A DNA stretch of 61,128 bases, counting the filler, from Chiloscyllium plagiosum (Eukaryota): the NCBI RefSeq assembly GCF_004010195.1. It is 3 parts of one record of this genome, joined end to end, with 100 filler letters (N's around TTAATTAATTAA, not from the genome) between each part and the next. Parts side by side here need not be neighbours in the genome. Positions count along the whole stretch, not along the records: positions 26,108 to 36,330 come from NC_057715.1; positions 36,431 to 61,128 come from NC_057715.1; 1 more part is not named here. One strand, 5' to 3'. Shown in pieces: positions 35,762-47,959 of this stretch. The notes under the pieces were generated by a model. The model saw only the letters and a list, made by a program, of their open reading frames with translations. It had not been told where the DNA came from and made no database searches. The translations under genes were made by a program, and so were the position numbers. Numbering within the stretch: position 1 is the first letter of the stretch; every line of letters starts with the position of its first letter.

Positions 35762-36330
35762 GCAAAAGTGAGGACTGCAGATGCTGGAAACCAGAGTTAA
35801 GATTAGAGTGGTGCTGGAAATGCACAGCAGGTTAGGCAGCATCCGAGGAGCAGGAAAATCGACATTTCGGGCATAGAATAGGAATAGAATATTTCTGATG
35901 AAGAGCTTTTGCCCGAAACATCGATTTTCCAGCTCCTTGGATGCTGCCTGATTTGCTGTGTTTTTCCAGCACCACTCTAATCTAAATCGCCGGCAGATTC
36001 GCGACCTCCGCGGCTATGGGGAATAACTCTGTCTCTGCGGTCGCCGCAGCCACTTCCGCCCCCACTGACGTCACTAACCTACACGCCCACAACGCCGCAT
36101 GTGTCTCCGCCCCCACGCCGATCTCCATGCCTCAGTCCTCAGCAGAGGCCTCACCTTCATTCCCCTACGCTCCCGGATTGATGAATTCAACACGCGGCGT
36201 GACATCGAACAATTCTTCCGCCGCCTTCGCCTCCGTGCCTATTTCTTTAACCAAGACTCCCGCCCACCCTCTGACGACCCCTTCTCCCGCCTCCAACACA
36301 CCCCATCCACCTGGACACCCCGTGCTGGCC
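35762..36330 (+). mobile_element. Penelope-like element 5' end: inverted terminal repeat, hammerhead core and ORF N-terminus
   Basis: Inverted arms ~35798-35872 / 35910-35983; CTGATGA...GAAAcaTC at 35895-35922; ORF SVLSRGLTFIPLRSRIDEFNTRRDIEQFFRRLRLRAYF, near-identical in part to 60640 onward; cut by the linker. Confidence 0.85.
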
Positions 36331-36430
36331 NNNNNNNNNNNNNNNNNNNNNNNNNNNNNNNNNNNNNNNNNNNNTTAATTAATTAANNNNNNNNNNNNNN
36401 NNNNNNNNNNNNNNNNNNNNNNNNNNNNNN
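36331..36430. other. Artificial linker N44-TTAATTAATTAA-N44
   Basis: Same structure as 26008-26107. Confidence 0.95.
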
Positions 36431-36847
36431 AATGAATGTGCTCGAGCAAAACAATTGCAGGAACAGAATGAGAAGTCACAAGTGACTGGTAAACAAACAG
36501 AACTGCGCGATTACAGTTTTTAAAATGTTTTAATCACTTGTTGTGTTTCCATCCTGAATTATATAATATATATAATTAATAATTAGTATTTATAATAAAT
36601 CAATTGTGTTAGTCTGAATCAATATTAATTGGCAGGATTCCTTCATACATTCTCAGTGACCTGTCATATTGATTCATGGTTAATTTAAAACATGACTGCA
36701 TTAATTCATTGTTAATTAAAGAATGGAAAGCTACATTACTGGCCAGAGTGTGTGCAGGCAATGGTAGCAATAGCCTTATTGGTAGAGGAGAGTCGGAAAC
36801 TTACTATTAGGGGAGCCTTAGTAGTCAGCACCCCACATCAGGTACGG

Positions 36848-37549
36848 TCAGGAGAAGAATGGGTCATGATTAGAAGAGCTGCTCTGAGGGAATAAAAAAG
36901 ACATCCGGTGGGCGAGGGAGTGATACCAGCCAAAAACAAATTCCCCAATGTGGACCCACGTTGGAAGGGTATAGATGAACACGATAGAGGAAAAATGAGG
37001 GACTTTCGAGAAATGGTCATTTTGGGTATTAAAGAAGCAGCACCTAAATCTCAGAATTTTTTTAAAGCCTTTGAAGTAAGACAGGAAAATGAGGAAGCCC
37101 CGTCAGCCTTTTCACAGAGATTAAATGAAGCCACTAGAAAATATTCGGGAATGAATCCCGATGATCTGGTAGCACAGGGATTTTTAAAGGTCCAATTTGT
37201 GACTAAATCATTGCCGGACATACACAAGAAATTACAGAAATTAGAAGGCTGGAGTGAAAAACAGATAGAAGATCTGTTATATGAGGCACAGAAAGTCTGT
37301 GAGGAAAGGGAAGTGGAGAAACAACAATAAAAAGCTAAAATAATGGTTGCAGCAGTTGAAGAAATTACGGTGAGAAAGTTAGAATCAGAGAACAGAGGAG
37401 GACAAGAGAGACAGAGAGCAGATGGTAGGGGAAGGAAGCAACTGGCAGGATGTTATTACTGCGGAAAAACAGGACATTGTTTTTTAAAATGTCCAAGGTT
37501 AGGACGACAAAGAGAAGTGGTATCATTGATGATTTTTGATGAAGGTTAG
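36848..37549 (+). pseudogene. gag: ERV-B gag (CA C-terminus plus NC) with in-frame stops
   Basis: KFPNVDPRW; MHR-like VRQENEEAPSAFSQRLNEA; FVTKSLPDIHKKLQKLEG; zinc knuckle CYYCGKTGHCFLKC; TAG at 37547-37549. Confidence 0.88.
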
Positions 37550-37611
37550 GGGAGTCAGGGGTTCCCTCCTCCTGTGACCCACCGGGAACCCTTGATAAAT
37601 TTAAAGGTGGG
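37547..37611 (+). promoter_or_regulatory. gag-pro amber readthrough signal with an H-type pseudoknot
   Basis: TAG GGG AGT CAG GGG; stem 1 GGGTTCCC (37559-66) / GGGAACCC (37584-91); stem 2 CCCACC (37578-83) / GGTGGG (37606-11); protease is in the gag frame. Confidence 0.7.
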
Positions 37612-38446
37612 ACGTGAAGGAGTGGAAACAGTGTTTTTAGTGGATACGGGAGTAGCACGATCATCCCTAAGCTTTAGACCTAGCGGTTTTAAATTAACTA
37701 ACAAAGTTCTCAAGGTTTCTGGAGTAAAAGGCAAAGAATTCTTAAATCAGAATGCAGGACAATGGCGCTCAGACTTTAGGATCTTGAAATATGAGACAAT
37801 CTTAATAGAACAGGATGACCTTGTGTTAGTCACAGACAGTTGCTTGAATCCAGGTGCATTTCTGTGGCGGAGAGAGTGGGGTGGCCCCTGGCAATCCAGA
37901 ACATGACTGCCTTGATATTACTGAATTTCAGACTAAAGTGCGAATGAACTTAAGAGACGTACCGTTGCATGCGAGAACTCGGTTGTTTATCGACGGGTCC
38001 TCCCGGCTGATTGAGGGTAAAAAATACAATGAATATACTGTAGTAGACGGGATAGAGGGAAGCATTATCGAGGCTGAAAGACTGCCTAACGGCTGGTCAG
38101 AGTTCAATGATAAGTTTTTAAAGAACTATATTGTGGCGCTCGGCTCTTCTTTGTCTATTCTTAGGAATAAAGGCCTGTTGGTACAGACACCGCCACTCGA
38201 GTTTGCAGTACATCGAATACAACCGGGTGATTGGGTCCTGATTAAGACCTGGAAAGATACCAAACTGCACCCGAGCTGGGAGGGACCATTCCTAACCCTC
38301 CTAACTAGTGAAACAGCTATCCGGACTGCTGAGAAGGGTGGAGTCATCACACTCGCGTTAAAGGTCCTGTGAACGCCCCATTGGCGGAGTGGCATGCTCA
38401 TCCTACAGACAACCCTCTGAAAGTTAAGCTGAGAAAGAAAGAATGA
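37550..38446 (+). pseudogene. pol: ERV-B pro-pol remnant: protease N-half, RT connection, RNase H N-terminus and integrase C-terminus
   Basis: FLVDTG; RILKYETILIEQDDL; LFIDGSS; QTPPLEF..IQPGDWVLIK...WEGPF. The RT core and IN core are absent; frameshifts are present. Confidence 0.88.
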
Positions 38447-38591
38447 ACTAAGACAAAAGACTCTTTTAACGTTTGCTGATATATATATATATATATATAT
38501 AGTTATTGATTGTAAGGGCTGTGTGGACTCACCTCTCCCTGACGCCTAAAAGATTAAGACAGATAGGCAGAATGGTAGACAGGGGTTAGAG

Positions 38592-39936
38592 ATGGGCGGA
38601 TATTAGTATAGTATTGTAACGTTAGTAGTACTAACTATTCAAGGAGATGGGAAAAATCACTTTACTTCACTATGCCAAAATTATGCTGAACAAAAGGGAC
38701 TTGCTGACTGTTGGGTCTGTGCAGAGGTCCCACACCAAATCTGGAATCCCCATCTCGGTAATACTGCTCACTAAAAAAGAAGTATACGATGTACAACAAT
38801 TTGATGTGGGTTCAAATAATACAATGTGGAGATTTGAAAGAAGCAAAAATAGCTTTGTGGGATGGTTCCCATGGCCAGCTCCGAAAAATCAGGGCGCTAT
38901 TGATAGTCTTAGAATTTCCCCACCGAAAGGAGCAGTAAATACCACCTGTTTCTGTAATCAGAATGATGCTGCACCTTTCCAACAAGGAAAATCATCTTGT
39001 GTCCACACCAGTCAAGCCACTGCCACGACCACTCCCCGAATATTAAACGGAACATATTGGGTATGCGGTCTGAAGGCCTATCCATTTATTCCCGGGGAAA
39101 AATATGTTCGTGTGATAAACACTTCCTCAAAACCAGAAAGGTTGGAGTGGCTGCTGTTACCTCGCTTATATAGTCCCTCACCTCCGAATAGAAAAGCATG
39201 AGCCCAACCTGGGGAAGGAGGGGGGGGATAAAATGTAAGACCCGAGAGGTCTCTGATGTGGACACTGCTCTCAAACTACGGCACTGCTCTCAAACTACGG
39301 AAGATAAGGTGGAAATAATAAAGAAAAAGATAAACAATATAAGACAAATTGGAGATGAACTCTGAAAAGATGGGGCAGGGGTGGAAATACAGAAACTGGC
39401 GGCCGTCCTTGAAAATTTAATTAATGGTACCACCGGCGCAATGGGGGAAACTCAATCCCATTGAAATGCCATAACCACTGAAATGATTGCCACGAGACTA
39501 ACAGCCTTACAGAATCGAATGGCTTTAGACTACCTTTTGGCCGAAAAAGGGAGAACTTGTGCTCTGATTGGTAAAGAATGCTGCACCTTCATCCCAGACA
39601 CCTAGTGGAAGATAAGGTGGAAATAATAAAGAAAAAGATAAACAATATAAGACAAATTGGAGATGAACTCTGAAAAGATGGGGATGGGAATGGGGTAACT
39701 GGAGATTGACCGAGTGGGGAAAATGGTTAGTGAATTTAGACATTTATGTGCTACTAATAATTGTAGGTTTACTGATAGGGTTTAATGTGTTAAAATGGAT
39801 AATGACTAAGCTGGTAATGTCTTTGGGAGGACAACAACCAACAGTGGTCATGACAGTAGCACAAGCGCAAGAAAGAGAGAGTAACAGATTACTCCTAGAG
39901 TTTGAAAAAAAGACAAACTTAGAAGCACAGAAATGA
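38592..39936 (+). pseudogene. env: ERV-B env remnant (gamma-type)
   Basis: Signal-like YSIVTLVVLTIQG, CWVC, NGTYWVCG, ISD LQNRMALDYLLAEKG, CALIGKECC, TM VLLIIVGLLIGF; several stops and frameshifts. Confidence 0.85.
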
Positions 39937-40008
39937 CTAGATTGTGAACCTCGACACCATAGGGTGAAAAGAGGGCAGAAAATAAGATTGCAAAACCAAC
40001 AAATGGTT

Positions 40009-40027
40009 AAGAAAAGAAATGGGGGAA
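40009..40027 (+). promoter_or_regulatory. ERV-B polypurine tract
   Basis: aagaaaagaaatgggggaa directly before t-TGTTAG. Confidence 0.8.
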
Positions 40028-40028
40028 T

Positions 40029-40640
40029 TGTTAGAAATGGGGTAGAGTGTTGTTTTTGCAAATATAGAAAAAGCATACAGAAAAGGAGTACAGCAAGAGA
40101 ACTATTAACCCTGCAGGTATTTAGAGACTTTTCAGTGTATAATTGTGGTTAATTAAATACTAATTTTGGTGTGTAATTACTATAACAAAAAGTTCTTTTT
40201 GTAAAATTATGCTTTCAGCAAAAAGCTGAGATAACTGAAATGCTTGAGCTATACAAAATGATACAAGTTAATGAAATGTCCGAGGATGGAATGTACCAGC
40301 AGAATTGATACAAAATGTTAAACCAGATCTAGATGTACTGTCAACAAAATTAATGTGTGTCAGCACTTACAGAAAGGAAGGTTGCCAACCTGGGGAAGGG
40401 GGAAGTAATAAGGGTGGAGCACAGCTGGGCAGTGGTCTGGCACAGTAAGAGAGATTGGGTAATTCGGAGTCTGGAGAGATGACCTCATTCAGCTCAAAGG
40501 GTATAACTGTAGACTAACCTAAGTTCTAATTTGCTCATTTGCTTATGCAATTGAAGCCCTTACTTGCAAATTCGTAATAAATTGCCTTGTTTCCAGTTTT
40601 GGTCGTCTCATCTAAATTTTATTGAATTTTGTTTCTAACA
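40029..40640 (+). repeat. ERV-B 3' LTR (612 bp)
   Basis: TGTTAGAAA...TTTCTAACA 9-bp terminal inverted repeat; TATAAC at ~40502; AATAAA at 40576-40581. Confidence 0.85.
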
Positions 40641-41714
40641 AGAGGTAAGTCTAAATAAGCAGTAAGCCTGGAGTAACATGTTTGAGGATGTGCAATATGT
40701 AATTCACCAGGATATCACCCACAGAGGGTCAATTACAATGTCCAATTTACACAGTAAGCCAAAATACAACAGTTGCATACTTCAGCACAAGTAATTCAAC
40801 AGTTTGAGAATTAAGATTTTCTTTTACCCCACAGTTTCCAAGCCAAACTGCACAAATTCAGGATCTGGTCAAGAAGAAATGATCTAACTCAGAAATCCAA
40901 GATCTTGTGAAAAATAAACTACCTGCTTCCAAAAAGCTACCATGTGCTACAATGGGTGTTGCTCTGATTAAAGATTCCCTCGGTGATGTAACAGGAAGGG
41001 TTCCTCAGTGAAGGGAATTTGGGAGAGCAAGTGTTCTCCCAGCTAACAGAATGTACCAATGACGGCTTTCAACAGAAATGTTGAGGGATGTTGAAAACAA
41101 AAAAAAGTTAGCACGGATCTTGCAACTTCTCCTGAGTTTCAGGCTTATTTCAAGATTTACTTCTAGATTTCTTAGTTATGACATTTCAGTAGTATGAAGT
41201 TATGATTTTGAGTCACATTCAGTTCTTTTGTACGCAAAATTGATAATTTAAGAAGTACAGGAATATGAAATATTTGGAGGGATATGGACCAGGAACAGGC
41301 AACTTGGCCTTGTTCAGTTTGGGATTATATTCGGCATGACCTGAATGGACTGAAGGAACTGAATCCGTGCTGATTGACTCTATGATTCTGTGACATGAGC
41401 CCTCACTGTGTTTCGGAATCTCTGTGACTCCTCACGGAATGTTTGTTTTTGAAAATCCCAGACATGAAGCTCAGGATGACATCACAACTGTCAGCCGCTG
41501 CCATTACAATGAGAACCATAACAATACATTATTGCAGGTTCATACAAAACACAACAAACTGAAGCGATCTGTGCACTTGTGATGGAGAGACACCGAGAGA
41601 AGAGATCAAGCAAAATGCTCTGGTAAACTGAATCAATACCTTCCCAACTCGAGGGAGAGATTGAAAACAGAGTTCAAGCAGAAGAATCAGAGGATTTTCA
41701 CAAGCAGACTCAAA

Positions 41715-43800
41715 GATGAAGCCTGTTATTGATGTCTTTTGTCTGGCAACGGAGAAGATCATTGCTGAGACTGAAGATAAGGACAAAATCATCTAGAAGA
41801 TTGAGGAGGGGATCTTGTCGATGGACGATAATGTGCAAGAGACAGCAGTACACATCATCTCTGAGTTGCTTGTGGTGTTTTCAGAGGTTTGATGACAGCA
41901 GGGAAATGCTGGAGAATCTTGTGGGCACGCTGCTTGGAGGACTGCTTCCACGTTGTGCTGACAGTTCCCAAGCAGTTCAACAGATGGCTCTCATCATGGT
42001 TGGTACCATCCTGTCCATCCACTTAGTGGCTGATGGAGCCAGCCTTGAACAATATCAAGAGCGTCTAGTGTTTCTGAAGACACTTCCGGAAGACCCGATG
42101 GACCCTGATGAAGGAGCTCAGTTCGAGAAGAGTCATCAGGTGGTGGAGCTGATTTGCCAGAGCTTGCCACGTTGTCAGCTGGACAACCTGCTTCTCATGG
42201 TCTGTGGCAGTCTGTCGGACCAACATTCCAGCTGTGCCCAGGTCGCTTCCTTGTTATTGGAAAACCTCTTCCTTTAAGAGCGAAAACAACTTCAGGACCG
42301 GGTCCCAGAGATCCTGCATGTGCTGGTGCTTCCTTTGGTGATAATCCCTCACCAGGATGTGAAACGGCGTGTTCTACGAGGGATAACTGCTCTGACCTCA
42401 CAGTACTTGGCAGCAGCTGTCCCAGCTCCTGCTCTGTCGCCCCCTGGGGGCAAGTTCTTCCAGGATGTGTGGAGAGCAGCAGCTGACGATAGCAGCAGCT
42501 GTCCAGTGAGTAAGATCAAACACCTTGTGTATTCACTGGAGGGAAAAAGCTGCCCCATCAGTGGGGATGTGCACTCAGCCAATGTCTTGCTGACTGCCGT
42601 CCACAGCCTATATGAGATAGTCACTCAGCCCAAGATGGCAGACGTGGTGAGGACATTGTTCCCACACATTTTCAGTGGCCTACTTGTATCTCTCACCAGT
42701 GGGATGAGTTTCTTTCTGCCCAGTGATACTGATATTCAGTCACAGCAAAGAGGTTTCACCGCTGGGTTTGATGTTACTACAAGTCGGTCACTTAATAAAA
42801 TGTATGTGAGGTCACTCAAGGCCCTGTTTGATCTGATTGGTCAAAGTGACATCTCTGACCAGATGGTGATGGTAGGAGGATGGGGTTGGATTTGATCAGG
42901 GGGTTGTTCTGCTGGCCAGGGCAATGGCAGCATCTGCAGGTGATGATTTGTCTAAAACCGTACATCGTCTGGCTTCCCAAATCCTTTGGATCCGAGACTG
43001 TCAGGCAGTTCCAATAATCATCTTATTTGGGGAACTCCTGAAAGCTCTGTGTCTTTCCGAGTTGGGTCTCTTAGACATGGTCATTAACAGTTTAATCCGA
43101 TTCCTCTGCTGGTACAACTTCTCGCTGGTTACCCAGTTTCTCTGCGTTAGAGCTTTAAAAATCCTTGATTTTGAAGCGAGGCGGTGGTGTTGGAGTGTCA
43201 CCGATGTCTTGGTGAGCCTTTTGGGCAATCCAGAAAATAGCGATGTATTCACACTTGCTGTGTTGTCTTGCCTGCAGAAAAACATCATTGAGGCACCAGC
43301 AGGCCCTTTTTAAATCCAATCCTCTCCAGGATTCAGTCACTGTTTGGAACAGGAAGTGAGCAAGTCTCTGTGGAAGCTTTCCAAATGTTGGCAACATTGG
43401 CCATGTTTGGGGAGTCTGGTGATTTCCAGCAATAGCTCCACGCCAACATCATGTGCTTGCTGTTGCACTTGAATAGTAAGAGTGAGAAAACCATCCAGTG
43501 TTGTAGTGCAACACTGCAGATGATTTTCTCATCTACTGGATCCACAAAGGCTTGCTCCTTTACTGAGAAGTATCTTGAGGCAACAAGCTGGAGTTACCGG
43601 GACTTCCTGAAACGTATTTTCTGCTAACTCGTTGATGATTACCCCGACATGGTGAGTTCCTATATCTTGGACTGTGTATTCTTCAGTCCCAACCAGGACC
43701 ATCACTGCGGCTATGTAGTGGCCTTAGCAGCATTCCTCACCAAGCAGATACATCACTTCCAGATCACCCGATGGACCTCCTGGTGTAAAAGATTAATTCA
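41715..43800 (+). pseudogene. Intronless maestro HEAT-like repeat (MROH-family) pseudogene
   Basis: Successive + strand ORF pieces with MROH-type motifs (LLGGLLPRCADSSQAVQQMAL; LFPHIFSGLL; LHANIMCLLLHLNSK...CSATL; LVDDYPDMVSSYILDCVFF), separated by stops/frameshifts with no introns; AATAAA at 44223 and 44246. Confidence 0.7.
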
Positions 43801-44539
43801 CAGTTGCTGCTGTACAGTCCCCAAATGAGACTTCAGCCCATCAGATTTGAAATATAGCTCAGACCCTTGTCTTCTCGTACCAACTATTCTGCTCCAGATC
43901 CTCACCGTCAGTATATGAACAGACCTTTGGACCGTCAGTGTTTCTGTCACACCAACAGATCTTCACTGCTTCCTCTTATGATCTTCACATCTTTAACAGC
44001 ATCTGATCTCTGTCAAGTCCTCAGCAAAAGGTCTGTCTGGATCCTCAACATTGTCTCAGTATTGATCTCCTCCAGATACTTACCTTTTCTTAGAAACTGA
44101 TCCAAAAACATGCAGCTTTTCATAATTCTGGTTGATTTCATCCAGAGTCTCCAGTTCATGAAATCAATAGACCTTTCTCTTAGCTCTATTTGTACATATT
44201 GTAAATAATTAATGTTATTGCAAATAAATATTCTGTTTCACTTTAAATAAACTGCAGCAGTGTTGTTGTACCTGCACGTGTCACGTACATGCACTCACAT
44301 TCTGGGAGTAGTGACTGCTGGACCATTGGGGTCATCTCTCCCCAGGGCAGTGGATAGAGAGAGGGCAAGTCTCAGGGTCTGCACTCACCTTCCATGACCA
44401 TGTCTGCAGGAAGTAGTACTGGTTTGATCAGCTTCAGAATGGGGCTTGAGAGTGTGGGAGTGGTCACCTGGCAGCTGAAGTGTTTCTGACTGACACTGAC
44501 CACCAGTCAGTGGTAGTCAGAGATTCAGGAAAGCCCCAG

Positions 44540-45340
44540 GGTGCATCTCATTCAAGAAGCGATTTTCTATGTTGGAAAACAGAGTGACAGCTCCTCTGGG
44601 GAGTGCAGCCAGAGCTCAGCTGCACAAGGTGGGGATCAGAAAGAGAGGGAGAACAATGATGGTGGAAATCTCAGTCATGAGGGGCACTCACAGGTATTTC
44701 TGCAGCCACAGATGTCAGTGCAAGATGGTGACTTGCCTTCCTGGGGCCAGGATCAAGGATATCACTGAACTGCTACAGAGCATTCTGAAAGGGGGAGGGC
44801 GAACAGTCAGAGGTGGTTCACATTGGTACTAGTGACATCAGCAGTAGGAGGGAAGAGGTCATGTGACAAGAATGTAGGGAGCTATGCAGCCGATTAAAAA
44901 GCAGGACCTCAAAGGCTGTATTACTTAACTACTCTGCATTACATGCTGGTGATTGTAGGAATGGATGGATTGAACAGATCAATGTGCTGGAGCAGAGGGA
45001 GTGCTTTAGACGTTTGGATCACTGGGAAGTTAGGTCCAGTCCAAGCCTGATGATTTGCATCCAAACCACAACAGGGTCATCATCCTTCCGGAGAGTGTTG
45101 CGGGTGCAGTTTTGGTGTGGGTTTAAACTAATTTGAGAGCAGGATGGGATAGTGGAGGCAGAGTCAGCTGTGATGCCCAGAGAAGCATACACCTCAGACT
45201 AAGTCATTGCAGAAACAATGAGAATATTTTCAAGTTATGACACAAAGGATCATGGCAAGGATATTTGGCATTTATTTTAATGCAAAAATAATATCCGAAA
45301 AGGCAGATGAGTTGATTGTGTTGATTAGCACATGGGACTC
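44540..45340 (+). mobile_element. Degraded CR1 LINE 5' part (ORF1 esterase-like region and ORF2 start)
   Basis: MVTCLPGARIKDITELLQSIL (SGNH-like CR1 ORF1 motif); tttaaactaattt and tattttaatgca remnants. Confidence 0.7.
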
Positions 45341-45344
45341 TGTC

Positions 45345-45655
45345 AACAGAGTCACGCACGAGAATTCCTAGAAGCATGGCATTCCAACCGGGACTCTTAA
45401 CAAACACATTGATGTGGATCACATTTACCACCCCCTGAGAAAAAGAACAGAAAATGACATCACCATGGGAAATGACATCACCAACCCTAGAAACCGAAAC
45501 ACATAAATAGAAAGCGAGCCATACCACTAGCGCTTCATCCAGAAGCTCACTGATGATGTCACCTAGTATGGTGATGAAACATCTGAAAATGAACCTTCCA
45601 GCTCAGTGAGCAAACTTCCATTCAGAAACTCAACCTAAATCTTCTCAAAACTTGC
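45345..45655 (+). mobile_element. Penelope-like 3' fragment with hammerhead motif (45547-45586)
   Basis: Encodes AREFLEAWHS...KHIDVDHIYHPL; tca-CTGATGA-t-gtcacc(tagtat)ggtgat-GAAA-ca-TC-tga. Confidence 0.8.
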
Positions 45656-47959
45656 TAATGGCAGATCAATGGCACATTTAACTGCTAAATTGGAGAAAAA
45701 AAAGAATCCCACTGGAATGGGAGAGGGGAGAGAGGACCTTGTGACAAAGAATGAAACAATCAAAGTGGAAGAAAAGGGAAGGAATGGGAGTGGGTTCACA
45801 ATCTGAAGCTGTTGAACTCAATACCAGTCCAAAAGGTTGTAAAATGCCTAGACTGAAGATGCGATGATGGTTGGGAGACTATAAAGCTGGAGGCAGTGGG
45901 GGAAGGACTCTCGATATAATGAAGTCAGTCACAGTGCTGGTAACAATGGCTCGATGTTGGGATGTGGGGTCATGGCTCAGGGAGAGGTAGGAAGAGATGC
46001 CGGAGAGTTGACGTTAGGCTCCTTCAAGGTAAAGATCAACTTGCCAGACTACAAGGGCACCACCTCTGCTTGCAGGTGCGATGACAAATTTTGGGTTGGA
46101 CCTGAGAGAGTGCAGTGGTGCCATTTCAGAAGGGGACAGGGAGAGTGGGTGAGAGGAGCAGAGAAATTGCGACAGCCGATGTTACCCTGACAGTTTTCGC
46201 AAAGAGATCAGAGATGAGAGGAAGGGGTCCAAGTGGAGGGTGAACAATGGAGGAGGGCGAGGGGATAAGTGGGACATGGGGGCAAAGGAATTCTGCTCGT
46301 AGAAGTGAGCACAGAGGTGGAGGTGGCAGTAAAACAGTTAGACATCATGGTGACCCTATTCCATGGTATAGAAGCTTCAGTGCAGAAGGCAGGGTGTAAC
46401 AGTGTTGCAATATAGATCAGGGCATCACTTACTGTAATGGGGAGCGATGATATCTTAGACGGTACCTCTGATCAGGCCATCTGGGTAGAATTTAATCATA
46501 AAAATGGGGCAATCGCATTGTATGCGGTGTTTTATTTACCACAAATAGTCAGAGAGACGGGAAGACTGAAAGGCACAGAGGTGGCAGAATTCTTCAAATG
46601 TGGACAGGAGGGCTTTATCATCAGGAGTTTTCACCAGAATTTGAGGAAATATTTTTCATCCTAAGGCTGGTGAGTATCTGGAACTCACTGTCTAAAAGGT
46701 GCTCAAAACACTGAAGAGGTAAGTGTTGCCTGGTTACTGCCCTCGACAACAGTTATTGGCTCAGCACAAAGAGAACAACTAATCAATACATTTATTAGTT
46801 TTGTTAAAACTGGCATATAATTCACACCATTTGGTTAGGAAAAGGTTAACACTGCAGGCATACAAATCATAAAATTCAAGTGCATACCCACAGAGTGTGA
46901 CATTTTCTGAACAGTGAAGAAAATTAACAGCAAATACGCAAGAATAGCAGGCAGAAGGGATTAACTTAGTTTGGGATTCTGTTCTGTATGGACTGGTTAG
47001 ACCACAGGGTTTGCTTCCATGCTGCATGAATCTATGACATAAACAGAAAAACAGTAATTATTTTCCAGTTTCAGCAAAATTATACCCAAAACTTTAAACT
47101 GCCCTTTCTCTTCACAGAAGCTAACTTCCATTTCTTTTTGATATTTTCTATGCTTGTCTCTCATTTCCAGCACTGGCAGCTTTTTAAAACAAAATTTCAT
47201 CAAAGCATGGGTGTACTAGGCTATCAAATCCCTGGCATTCACAAGAAAGGTGAATTATTTTATGTACACAATGCTTCATTAAAATAGGATCTGAAAAATA
47301 TTAGACACCTTGCCAGACCATCAGAAAGATCAGGGATCACAAAAAGTGCATACCTATGTTATGAATATCAAAATAATTGAATGTTGAGTACTTCAGAGAA
47401 AACTAACAAAAACTTAACTACCTTTATATCTGTGTGATCTGTTTCTTTGATCCTCTCAAGTAAACAATGTAAATCTCAGAACATGAATTCAGTGGGTACA
47501 CAAACATTAAAATATTAATTATGTGTAATAAAAGCTGAAAATGATGGAAACATTCAGCAGGGCAAGCAACAGAAAACAGAATTAACCTTTCAAGTTGATG
47601 ACCTTTCATAAATAAGTAATTAACTTGCATGCTGTAGAAAATGGCTAATAAATAAAGTTTACAACTCGATAACAAAAGCTTGCAATTGTATAGTTATGGC
47701 ACATAAGGCATTCAGTGCCATTTCTGGAGCAGAATACAGTTGTTGAGAATGCCTTCCCTTTAAAATGGAGCCAATAGTGGCATGTAGCTTTACAGAAACA
47801 CATTAGGAGTTTTTTTTGAAAGGGTAAAAGCAGCAGCTAAGCATGTGCAATGATAATAAGACTGAAAGATTGTTTTTAACTTGCAACTATGGTGTTCATT
47901 GATGATAACCATGATTTAAACTTACCTAGCAGTCTTAAATCAGACACTTGAACATTCTG

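Larger units (their letters stand above)
36848..40640 (+). mobile_element. Endogenous retrovirus ERV-B (class I, gamma-related), 5'-truncated and internally deleted
   Basis: gag CA-NC, amber-readthrough pro, RNase H/IN fragments, env remnant, PPT and 3' LTR in the correct order; no 5' LTR or PBS seen. Confidence 0.92.

Noticed and set aside
36431..36847. 5' LTR, PBS or TSD for ERV-B
   Set aside because: No match to 40029-40640 and no TGG-type PBS found.
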